Positions 1 through 8,620 of a DNA stretch of 64,000 bases are shown here, in pieces. A program made the translations under genes and the position numbers. Source of the stretch: Myxococcota bacterium (lineage in GTDB: Bacteria > Myxococcota_A > UBA9160 > SZUA-336); contig CBDFGR010000002.1 in the NCBI GenBank assembly GCA_965247115.1, positions 1,920,001 through 1,984,000 of the forward strand. Reading direction: 5' to 3'. Under the pieces are notes generated by a model, which worked only from the letters and a program-made list of their open reading frames with translations, did not search any database and was not told the origin of the DNA. The first letter of the stretch is position 1. Each line of letters opens with the position of its first letter.

Positions 1-586
1 CGGGCCGCTCGAGTACAGCGCGGTCGGCTTCGGGGAGGGACCGCGCCGCGCGTTGGACGGCGGCGGCGGGATCGCGGCGCAGGCCCCGGGCCATCAGCGC
101 CAAAACCAGACGCACCGCCGTCTTCGAGTAGCGCGTGGCTCCGAAGAGCAGGCGGTTCGCGCGCATCATGCCGCGCGAATCCTCGGGCGTATCGAGGGGC
201 CCAATGCCGCAGACGACGGCGGCCCGAGTGAGGCGCCCGCCAATCCGAAGCGCGCAGGCAAGCACGTGGGGGCCGCCCCCGGAGACTCCCATACACGCGA
301 AACGGTCGAGCCCCAGGGAGTCCGCAAAGCTCTCGACGTCGTCGGGCCAGTCGAGCAACCGGCGCCCCGGCTGGAACGTCGAGCCGCCGAAGCCCGGGCG
401 GTCGATCGCGATCAGGCGCGCCCCGGTCCCCCCCAGGCCGTCGCCTCCCAGCGCCGGCTCCAGCCGTGAGCCGGGGAAGCCGTGAAAGTACAGCACGGGC
501 TTCTCCCTGGGATCTCCGTACTCCGCCCAGGCCAGACTCCGACCATCGCGCAGCCGCACTAGCGAGACATCGTTCGCGCCGCTCAT
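1..586 (-). CDS. Alpha/beta hydrolase (3' end runs off the window)
   Basis: Translated by hand: MSGANDVSLVRLRDGRSLAWAEYGDPREKPVLYFHGFPGSR... with nucleophile elbow GVSGGGP; GAGG upstream of ATG at 586. Confidence 0.85.
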   Translation of the reverse strand, partial: MSGANDVSLVRLRDGRSLAWAEYGDPREKPVLYFHGFPGSRLEPALGGDGLGGTGARLIAIDRPGFGGSTFQPGRRLLDWPDDVESFADSLGLDRFACMGVSGGGPHVLACALRIGGRLTRAAVVCGIGPLDTPEDSRGMMRANRLLFGATRYSKTAVRLVLALMARGLRRDPAAAVQRAARSLPEADRAVLERP

Positions 587-922
587 GTCGGACCTCTCAC
601 AGGGAGTTCCGTCGCTTAGAGTACTCCCAGGCAGTTGAGGAGTCCCCATTTCCGGCGCGAGCTGCGGGCTGCGGGCGTCGATACGAATGAGCCGCCGCCC
701 CCCGAACTTCGAGGACGGCATGCGGAAGCGCGTCCTCGATGCGATAGAACGGCCCGGAGCCTCGCGAAGCTGGCGCCCTGTCTAGATTCCCTCGGCGGGC
801 GCTTGTCATGGTGTACGAGCCCGATCGGTGGTCGGCGGTTAGAGCGGCAACAACTCAGTATCTTCTTTCTCTGTTCCCTTGGTGTTCTTGGCTTCGAGAC
901 TTCTACACCAATCGGTGAAAGA

Positions 923-1621
923 ATGAAGAAGTCGGGCCGACAGTTCTCCCTCAATCTACGGCCTCTGGCGCGTCATGGCGGTCGGCGCGAGGGGGCTGGA
1001 CGCAAGCCTGGGGCGAATCCGCTGGTTCGCCACCGAAGTCGGCGGAGTCTCGCGTCGCGGTATCCGTGCCACGTGACCTTGCGGGTGCGCGAAGGTGCTC
1101 CGTCATTGCGGGCTCCAGCCTTCGTGCGGGAGCTCGAGGAGACGCTGGCGCGGGGGTGCGACAGGGGGGAGTTTCGGCTGGTGCACTACGCGCTCTTGCG
1201 GGACCACGCGCACCTCATCGTCGAGGCGAAGGATCAGTACGCGCTCGGTCGTGGGATGAAGAGCCTGAGCCGGAGGATGGTCTGGGCGATGCGGAGAACG
1301 TTCGGGTGGCGAGGTGGGCTGGTGGCGGATCGCTACCACCTGCGGGTCCTGAAGACGCCCCGCGAGGTACGGAATGCGATCCGCTACGTGCTGCTCAATG
1401 CCGCGCGACATCGACGGAGGGCGCTCCGGGGGCTGGATCCCGCCTCGTCGGGGCGCTGGTTTGACGGGTGGAGCCGAGGAACGGCGGGGAGAGCTTGTGG
1501 GGGCGCGGTTCCAATCGCCAACGCGCACACGTGGCTGCTGAGGAAGGGGTGGCGACGCCACGGGCTGCTGGATGCGTCGGACGTGCCGGGGAGTGCGCGG
1601 GCCTCTCCCGCCCTGGTCTGA
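923..1621 (+). mobile_element. Stand-alone HUH Y1 (IS200/RAYT-like) tyrosine transposase
   Basis: PCHVTLR, HUH motif DHAHL, DRYH, catalytic-Tyr region IRYVLLN; N-terminal GGRREGAGRKP; no tnpB downstream; ATG at 923 chosen over the ORF-track start at 635. Confidence 0.8.
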
Positions 1622-1729
1622 TTCCCGGCGGTCCAGCAAAAGCGTTCCCCGGGCTGACTCCAGACTCGCGTAGCGCAGCTCTCCTATAATGGCTCGGGTC
1701 CGGAAGGACGTGCCTGGTGGAGGAGAGAG

Positions 1730-2806
1730 ATGGACGTCGGTCTGCAATTGGTCTTCTCGGCGTACGGGTGGCAAGGCATCACGGACCGACAGGTCTACGA
1801 AGAGGAGATCCGGCTCGCACTGCTCGCGGAGGAGCTCGGCTTTGACGCACTGTGGCCGGCTGAGCACCACTTCTTCGACTACGCGCTCTGCCCTGACAAT
1901 ACCCAGATCCTGAGCTATCTCGCGGGCCGCACCGAACGCATCGATCTGGGCACAGCGGCAGTGATCATGCCCTGGAACGAGCCGCTCCGCGTCGCGGAGA
2001 AGATCTCGATGCTGGACGAGCTCTGCGGGGGACGCGTGCGCTTCGGAATGGGCAGAGGCTTGTCGCGTCGGGAGTACGAGCCATTCCGTGGCGTCGAGAT
2101 GGGCACCTCCCGCGAACGCTTCGACGAGAGCGCCGAGATGGTCGTGCGCGCACTGGAGACGGGCTTCATCGAAGGAGACGGGCCCTACTACCCCCAGCCG
2201 CGCACGGAGATTCGCCCCCGCCCGTCGCGCAGCTTCAAGGGTCGGCTGTACGCGGTGGCCGGGTCCGACGACTCGGTCGATTCTGCTGCTCGCCTCGGCG
2301 CCCGCATGGTCATGTTCGCGGAGCGCCAGTGGGATCATCGGCTACCAGCATTCGAGCGCTACCGAAAGGCCTATCACGAGTCCCACGGTGTGGAGGCCCC
2401 TCCGCTGATGACTGCGGACTTCATGTACTGCGACAGCGACGGTGAGCGGGCCGTCGAGCGCGCGACGCAGTACATGGGCACGTACCTCGCAAGCTTGCTC
2501 GAGCACTACGAGCTGATGAACGACCATTTCGCAGAGACCAAGGGCTACCAGGGCTACAGCCTGAACGCGGCGCGGCTGCAGCAGATCGGGGAGTCCGGGT
2601 TCCTGCGGGGTTTTCTCAAGGCGAACGCGTTCGGCACGCCCGACCAGGTTCTCACGGCGCTGGAGAAGCGCCGCGCCGCGCTGGGGCCCTTCGAGCAGGC
2701 CACCTGCTTCCGCTTCGGCGGCGTCCCGTTCGACGAGGCGGAGCGGGGCATGCGCCTGTTCGCGAAGGAGGTCCTCCCGGTGCTTCACGGCTGGGACCAG
2801 AGCTAG
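1730..2806 (+). CDS. LLM-class (luciferase-like) flavin-dependent oxidoreductase
   Basis: AEELGFDALWPAEHHF, PLRVAEKISMLD, GRVRFGMGRG; SD GGAGGAG; TATAAT at 1685-1690. Confidence 0.9.
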   Translation: MDVGLQLVFSAYGWQGITDRQVYEEEIRLALLAEELGFDALWPAEHHFFDYALCPDNTQILSYLAGRTERIDLGTAAVIMPWNEPLRVAEKISMLDELCGGRVRFGMGRGLSRREYEPFRGVEMGTSRERFDESAEMVVRALETGFIEGDGPYYPQPRTEIRPRPSRSFKGRLYAVAGSDDSVDSAARLGARMVMFAERQWDHRLPAFERYRKAYHESHGVEAPPLMTADFMYCDSDGERAVERATQYMGTYLASLLEHYELMNDHFAETKGYQGYSLNAARLQQIGESGFLRGFLKANAFGTPDQVLTALEKRRAALGPFEQATCFRFGGVPFDEAERGMRLFAKEVLPVLHGWDQS

Positions 2807-2808
2807 CC

Positions 2809-3639
2809 TTGCGACGTCCGATCCTGACTGCCCTGGCGGCGACTCTGCTGGGGATCGTAGCGGGCAGCCCGGAGGCGGCAGCAGCCGAGCGAAAGACCGT
2901 CGGAGAGATCCTGGATTGCCTGCAGCGCACACGCCCCCTGACGAACACGGTGCGAACGATCCGGCTTGTGAGCACGGACCGCGTCGGCGAGGAGCACCTG
3001 CTTATCGGCAAGGTGTACGGCGGCGTGTCGCGCACGGGCTTCCGGACCCTGCTGCTCGAGCTCTCGAATCCGGAGAGCATCCGAGGCCTGACGGTGCTCA
3101 TCACGGAGCGAACGGGAGCAAATCATTTGTTCGTCTCCCCTGCAGGCATGCCCCAGGTCAGGCAGATCAGGGGCGCACCCGGCGCGTCGAACCTGTTCGG
3201 AACGGACTTCTCGTACGAGGACGTGGAGCGGCTGTACGGCTTCGACCTACCCTCCGAGACGCACAAGCTCGGGAGCAGTGAGACACCGGTGGAAGGTCGG
3301 CCGTTCTGGCTGCTCGAGACGATCCCTGACCCCGAAAGCTCGAGTTACGAGCGCATCGTCTCGCTGATCGACGAGCAGACCTGCGTGCTCGTTCGCGCCG
3401 AGATGTTCGAGTCGGGCTTCACGCCTCGAAAGGTCCTGACGTCGAATCCGGACTCGGTGACCAGAGAGGGGTCCACCTGGGTGGCTCGCGACATCATGAT
3501 TCGCGACCTCCGCGACGAGACGCAGACCCGAATGGTCATCGACGACGTGGACCTCGCGGTCGAGCACGTCGGGGTCCCGTTCACTCCCGAGGAGCTCGAG
3601 CAGTACAAGCGCGTCAGGGCCGAAGCTGCCGAGAGGTAG
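2809..3639 (+). CDS. Outer-membrane lipoprotein-sorting (LolA-like) secreted protein
   Basis: Signal peptide ending AAA; FGTDFSYED and SSYERIVSLID motifs. Confidence 0.65.
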   Translation: MRRPILTALAATLLGIVAGSPEAAAAERKTVGEILDCLQRTRPLTNTVRTIRLVSTDRVGEEHLLIGKVYGGVSRTGFRTLLLELSNPESIRGLTVLITERTGANHLFVSPAGMPQVRQIRGAPGASNLFGTDFSYEDVERLYGFDLPSETHKLGSSETPVEGRPFWLLETIPDPESSSYERIVSLIDEQTCVLVRAEMFESGFTPRKVLTSNPDSVTREGSTWVARDIMIRDLRDETQTRMVIDDVDLAVEHVGVPFTPEELEQYKRVRAEAAER

Positions 3640-3659
3640 CGACGGGCTTCAGCCTGATC

Positions 3660-4346
3660 CTACAGTGCGGCTGTCTGGCCGGGGCCCACTTCGGGGATTG
3701 CGTCTTCGAGCTCGAGCGCTGCCTCGCGCTCCAGAACAGCCTGGTAGAGCGACGCGAGCGTGAGGTCCCAAAGGATCAGGGCAGGGCAAATGCCGAGTCC
3801 GAAGGGGATGGCGCCCAACACGACCGCCGCGCAACCGCCGGCGCCGATCGCGAGCAGCTTCAGCGAGAGCCCCTCGGTCAGCTCGAAGCTCTCGCGGATC
3901 GCGCTCAGTGGGCCAAGGCCCTCGTCCAGAATCAGGTAGGGCACGAAGCGCGTCCGCAGGTAGACGAACACCCCCGGGAGCACCAGCATGGAGGTGCCTA
4001 CGATCACCATGAAGAGTATGAGCGCGTTGGTGATAACCACGTCGCGATAGCGATTGAACGAGGCCATCGCGTCCGCCGGCTCGGCCTCCTCGCCCCGCAC
4101 GGCATGCAGGCACAGGTAGGCAAAGCCCCAGCGGAGCGGGCGGGTGAAGAGGACGGCCATCAACAGGCCCCCGAGGGCGAGCTCGCCACCGGAGAACATC
4201 GAGATCACGCAGAGGCTGGCCGCGTGAACGCCGAAGCCGATGACCAGCAGCGGGCCGAACTGCTGGCGGAAGGTCTCCCAGCCATGCGTCGCGCAGGCTA
4301 CTGGGTTGGTCTCGAGCGGGGGTACGCGGTCTGTCTCTTCGTCCAT
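3660..4346 (-). CDS. Integral membrane protein (DUF975-like)
   Basis: Several TM segments; FVPYLILDEGLGPLSAIRESFELTEG motif. Confidence 0.6.
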   Translation of the reverse strand: MDEETDRVPPLETNPVACATHGWETFRQQFGPLLVIGFGVHAASLCVISMFSGGELALGGLLMAVLFTRPLRWGFAYLCLHAVRGEEAEPADAMASFNRYRDVVITNALILFMVIVGTSMLVLPGVFVYLRTRFVPYLILDEGLGPLSAIRESFELTEGLSLKLLAIGAGGCAAVVLGAIPFGLGICPALILWDLTLASLYQAVLEREAALELEDAIPEVGPGQTAAL

Positions 4347-4451
4347 GGCGACTCACGCAGCAAGATGCGTGCCGCGGCGGCGGAGCGCTACCGGAGCGCG
4401 CTGGCTACTAGGGCAGCGGGGTTGCTGCACCGAAGCTCTCTCACGACATCT

Positions 4452-5060
4452 TCAGGGTCGGGTGAGTATCTCCACCTTGTCGTCCACGGCAATCTCGCCG
4501 CGCTCGACAACACCAAGGTAGATCCCGCGCAGGTTCCGGGGCCTCCGCGATTTCTCGGATATGAAACGAAGGGCATCGGCCCCGAACCTGGCTCGGTACT
4601 TGTCGCAGCCATCGTGAGGGAAGGGCATGACCTCGAGCGTCGCGCTCCCGATCCGCAGCCGGCTTCCGATCGGCAGGTTCGCGCTGGAGAGGTCGAGGTC
4701 GACGATCAGGTTGTCCCCAAACAGGGCCAGCGGCTGGCCGTTTGCGATGAGCTCGCCAACCCCTGCTTCCATCGTGGTGATCTGCATCTCGAGGTACACG
4801 TCCTTTCCGAACCTGGCCTCACCCTTGCTTCGCTCGGGAGCCCAGCGGTCTCCTTGAATCCCGGACTCGGGCGTGACACGGATGGCCGCGGGGGTGGCTC
4901 GCTCTCCCGCGGCGCCCCTTGCGATCAAGGACACGACACGGCCGGAATCGGTCGGAGCGGGTGCCAGCTTCTCCAGGCCCTTCTCGAGCGCCTCGAGGGA
5001 GAGGTGCCTGTTCGGATCAATGCTGGATGACTCGAAGATCTCGCTGCTGGAGTCTGTCAT
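4452..5060 (-). CDS. MOSC domain-containing protein
   Basis: GIQGDRW, FGDNLIVD, GSRLRIGSATLEV, conserved Cys in HDGCDKY, LRGIYLGVVERGEI. Confidence 0.8.
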   Translation of the reverse strand: MTDSSSEIFESSSIDPNRHLSLEALEKGLEKLAPAPTDSGRVVSLIARGAAGERATPAAIRVTPESGIQGDRWAPERSKGEARFGKDVYLEMQITTMEAGVGELIANGQPLALFGDNLIVDLDLSSANLPIGSRLRIGSATLEVMPFPHDGCDKYRARFGADALRFISEKSRRPRNLRGIYLGVVERGEIAVDDKVEILTRP

Positions 5061-5292
5061 GCGGTGTAGCCTATATGAAGGCGGGCAGCGTCTCCAGAGG
5101 GGAGCTCACCTACGGATCGTCGGCGCGATCGCCGTGGTCGTCGGAGCCGACCTCATCTGCGTCGGAGTGCGTACCCTCTGACAACGGGTCATGTGACCGC
5201 GGGGTGAAGCCGATCTGTGTAGGTCGGAGCCTGACCTCCGGAGGAGCGCTGCGCATGGCGACGATGACGCTGCTGGCGCCCCGGATTCGGGG

Positions 5293-6201
5293 TTGAGAAC
5301 GCTACTGCCGCGTCCGCTGTTGGAACACCAGCATCACGGCCCGCTGCCCTTCTACTGCGTCCGCGAGGAGAAGCTTGCCATCCTGTCGCTGGTGACCTTC
5401 GGGCTGTACCAGGTCTACTGGTTCTACAAGAACTGGGCGCTGGCAAAGGCACAGTACCGTCCGGGGCTCCACCCGCTCTGGCGTGCAATCTTCTCCCCGT
5501 TCTATTGCTTCTCCCTGGCTGCGAGCGTCGAGTGCGCGGCCAGGTCGGCGCGCGTGAGAGAGCGCGGGAATCCCGTGCTCTTCGCGCTCGGCTACCTGGG
5601 GATCTGCAGCCTGGGATTTGTCCACGGTCCCCTCGGGCTGCTAGCTCTATTCTCCTTTATCCCCTTGATCCCGATCCAGCGGCAGATCCGGAGGGTTCAC
5701 GAGGCGCTCCGGCCCGATCTCGACTCCACCGTCGGCTGGGGCATGGCCTCCTATGCGGCTCTGGTGCTGGGGTTCGTGCCGTTCACAGCGGTCGCCGTCA
5801 GCTTGTTCGTCCTGCCCAGTGCCATCGTGCGAGAACCCGAGATACCGTCGTCAGACAGGTACGCGCTCGTCGAGGCGGGTGTCCTCGAATGGGACGAGCG
5901 CCTTCTGTACCTCTACACCACAGGCGTATTTTCGGTCCTGGAGGGCGGGAGCTTGCTTACCGACCGTCGCGCCGTGAGCTACTCGTCGACTCATGGCGAC
6001 CTGTGGGTCGCCGCTGCGGCTTATCGAGAGGTCGAGGACATCCACGTGAGGCACTCGGGCACCCTGCTGAAGCCGACGGTGATCACCCTCACCTCGATTG
6101 GCGGCAAGCGGGTTCGCTTGGAGGTCTCGCGGATGGGGGGACTGGACACGGAGTTCGTGGCTCAGCTGCGCCTCCACCTGCTGGTCTCTCTTGACCCCTA
6201 G
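5293..6201 (+). CDS. Membrane protein with DUF4234-like N-terminus (true start may be ATG 5255 across a 1-nt frameshift)
   Basis: ILSLVTFGLYQVYWFYKNW motif and multiple TM helices; GGAGG at 5240-5244 precedes ATG 5255, whose short ORF ends in a TTGA overlap with 5293. Confidence 0.55.
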   Translation: MRTLLPRPLLEHQHHGPLPFYCVREEKLAILSLVTFGLYQVYWFYKNWALAKAQYRPGLHPLWRAIFSPFYCFSLAASVECAARSARVRERGNPVLFALGYLGICSLGFVHGPLGLLALFSFIPLIPIQRQIRRVHEALRPDLDSTVGWGMASYAALVLGFVPFTAVAVSLFVLPSAIVREPEIPSSDRYALVEAGVLEWDERLLYLYTTGVFSVLEGGSLLTDRRAVSYSSTHGDLWVAAAAYREVEDIHVRHSGTLLKPTVITLTSIGGKRVRLEVSRMGGLDTEFVAQLRLHLLVSLDP

Positions 6202-6245
6202 GCCCTTGGATAGAGACGGGGCAGTCCTATAGTTCTGCAACGCGG

Positions 6246-6656
6246 ATGTGTCCTGTCTGTCAAGAGCCGCTGGTGGCGTTCGAGCTCGACGGGGTCGAGA
6301 TCGATCGCTGCATCCGCTGCGGAGGGACGTGGCTCGATGTCGGTGAGCTCGAGACGATCAGCGAGCTGGCGGGCGTCCCGTCCGTTGCGCTTCGGCTGGC
6401 GCTCTCAGAGGATCGGAGCGGGCGTCGCACGCGCCGACGCTGTCCACGCTGCTGGCGCAGGCTGCGCGAGATCCTCATCAGCGACGAGCCGCAGGTCAGG
6501 GTGGATCGCTGCCTGCGCGGCCACGGCCTGTGGTTGGACCGCGACGAGATGGAGCAGATAATCCGGTCCTTTGCGAGCGGCGAGGGGGAAGTGGTCGCGC
6601 ACTTCTTTGCGGATCTCTACAGGCACGAGCTCGAAGCAACGGAAAGGGGGAGCTGA
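6246..6656 (+). CDS. Tandem zf-TFIIB zinc-ribbon protein
   Basis: CPVC...IDRCIRCGGTWLDVGEL and CPRC...VDRCLRGHGLWLDRDEM. Confidence 0.85.
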   Translation: MCPVCQEPLVAFELDGVEIDRCIRCGGTWLDVGELETISELAGVPSVALRLALSEDRSGRRTRRRCPRCWRRLREILISDEPQVRVDRCLRGHGLWLDRDEMEQIIRSFASGEGEVVAHFFADLYRHELEATERGS

Positions 6657-6657
6657 G

Positions 6658-7212
6658 ATGATGGGTACGATCCTGTTTCTGGCGATCGTTGCGGCCGTGG
6701 TGCTGTGGCTGGTCGGGATGTACAACGGCCTGGTTCGGCTGCGGAACCAGGTTCAGAACGCCTGGTCCCAGATCGACGTTCAGCTCAAGCGGCGCCACGA
6801 TCTGATCCCCAACCTGGTCGAGAGCGTAAAGGGCTATGCCGCGCACGAGCGGGGAACGCTCGAAGAGGTGGTCCAGGCGCGTTCCCGTGCGGTGTCAGCA
6901 ACGGGCGTTGGCGAGCAGTCGCAGGCCGAAGCCGAGCTGTCGGGTGCGCTGGGGAGGCTGATGGTGGTGGTCGAGCAGTACCCGGACCTGAAGGCGAATC
7001 AGAACTTCCTGAGCTTGCAGGAGGAGCTGACCTCGACCGAGAACAAGATCGGCTTCTCGCGCCAGCACTACAACGACTCGGTCATGACCTACAACACTCG
7101 GATCCAGAGCGTCCCGCAGAACATCCTCGCCGACACCTTCGGGTTCGAGGAGGAAGCGTTCTTCGAGATCGAGATCGGCGCCGAACGGGAGGTCCCGCAG
7201 GTCAAGTTCTGA
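6658..7212 (+). CDS. lemA: LemA family protein
   Basis: TM helix then YNGLVRLRN..AWSQIDVQLKRRHDLIPNLV, YPDLKANQNF, ENKI. Confidence 0.95.
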   Translation: MMGTILFLAIVAAVVLWLVGMYNGLVRLRNQVQNAWSQIDVQLKRRHDLIPNLVESVKGYAAHERGTLEEVVQARSRAVSATGVGEQSQAEAELSGALGRLMVVVEQYPDLKANQNFLSLQEELTSTENKIGFSRQHYNDSVMTYNTRIQSVPQNILADTFGFEEEAFFEIEIGAEREVPQVKF

Positions 7213-7215
7213 TCG

Positions 7216-8601
7216 ATGTGGGAAGCGATCCGGGCCAACACCCGGCGATCCAGACTTCTGATCGGCACGATGGGGGCGATGCTGGTCGGCCTCGGCTATC
7301 TCGTCGGCGTCGTGTACGGCGGGCCGGAGGCTGGTACGTGGGGAGCCGGGGGCGCGCTCGCGGTCTGGCTCGCGCTGCTGATCGCCGCGCTCGGCGCTGG
7401 AGAGCAGGTCATGATGCTGGGCGCCAGGGCAAGGCGCGTCGAGAAGGAGGACATGCCGCGGCTGTGGAACGTGGTCGAGGAGATGACCATCGCTTCTGGA
7501 CTGGGTACGCCTCCCAAGATCTACTTGATTGATGACGACGTCCCGAATGCGTTCGCCGCGGGTCGCACGCCGGAGAGCTCCTGCGTTGCAGTCACCTCTG
7601 GGTTGTTGAAGCGCCTCACCCGGGATGAGCTGCAGGGCGTGATCGCCCACGAGCTTGGTCACGTCAGGAACCACGACGTGCGCTTCATGACCATCGCAGG
7701 GGTCATGCTCGGCAGCGTGGTCATCATCTCCGATGTCTTCCTGCGCTCGCTGTGGTACGGAGGGGGTCGCCGCAGCGGCGGAGGTAGAGGTGGAGGGCAG
7801 GGACAGGCGGTCTTCGTGGCGGCGGCCATCGTTGTAGCGATCCTCGCACCCGTCTTCACGCGCCTGCTGTACTACGCGTGCTCGAGAGGTCGGGAATACC
7901 TGGCGGACGCCTCCGCGGCTCGCTTCACTCGCTACCCGCCGGGGCTGGCCGGAGCGCTGGCGAAGATCTCGGGCGGCGTCGGGTCACGTAAGAACGTGCG
8001 GCGCGCGCTTGCTCCCATGTACATCGTAAACCCGCTCCAGGGAGTCGACTCCTGGCAGCTGTTCTCCACGCATCCCCCGACCGACAAGCGCATTGCCATC
8101 CTCCGCTCGATGGGGGGCAACGCGGGCTGGAGGGACTACGAGGCCGCGTACCAGGACGTCGTCGGCGGCAAGGCCTGCCTCGACACGCGCACTCGCTTCT
8201 CCGAGGAGAGTGTCGCGGCGCGCGCGCCGCACGTGGAGCCGGAAGCAAGGGCCGACGCGGTGGGGCGCGCAAGAGAGGTCGTCGATCTGCTCGACCGGAT
8301 GGCGGGGTTCGTGGCGATCGCGTGTCCCTGCGGTGTGCACATCAAGGCTCCTCCCGGGCTTCGCGCTCTCGCGATCCGCTGCACCCGTTGCGGGAGGGAG
8401 CACGACATACCCAGGGCCGAGCCGGCACACGCGCTCTCCGACTCCGAAGGGCCCCTCCGGTACACCCGCAAGAGCGAGGGCTGGGAGTCCTTCCAGTGCT
8501 CCTGCGGCCACTCGCTACAGCTGAGCCCCGCCTTCCAGGGCAGCCAACTGGAGTGCCAGGGCTGCAAGCGCTGGGTCGCGATCGTCTCCGCGCAGAGCTA
8601 G
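7216..8601 (+). CDS. htpX: M48/HtpX-family zinc metalloprotease with C-terminal double zinc-ribbon extension
   Basis: PNAFAAG, HELGH, REYLADA, STHPP; C-terminal CPCG..CTRCG and CSCG..CQGC. Confidence 0.85.
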   Translation: MWEAIRANTRRSRLLIGTMGAMLVGLGYLVGVVYGGPEAGTWGAGGALAVWLALLIAALGAGEQVMMLGARARRVEKEDMPRLWNVVEEMTIASGLGTPPKIYLIDDDVPNAFAAGRTPESSCVAVTSGLLKRLTRDELQGVIAHELGHVRNHDVRFMTIAGVMLGSVVIISDVFLRSLWYGGGRRSGGGRGGGQGQAVFVAAAIVVAILAPVFTRLLYYACSRGREYLADASAARFTRYPPGLAGALAKISGGVGSRKNVRRALAPMYIVNPLQGVDSWQLFSTHPPTDKRIAILRSMGGNAGWRDYEAAYQDVVGGKACLDTRTRFSEESVAARAPHVEPEARADAVGRAREVVDLLDRMAGFVAIACPCGVHIKAPPGLRALAIRCTRCGREHDIPRAEPAHALSDSEGPLRYTRKSEGWESFQCSCGHSLQLSPAFQGSQLECQGCKRWVAIVSAQS

Positions 8602-8620
8602 CTGCTACAGTGAGTTCCAC

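Noticed and set aside
923..1621. IS605/IS200 element with TnpB
   Set aside because: No tnpB, and element ends could not be defined from the sequence alone
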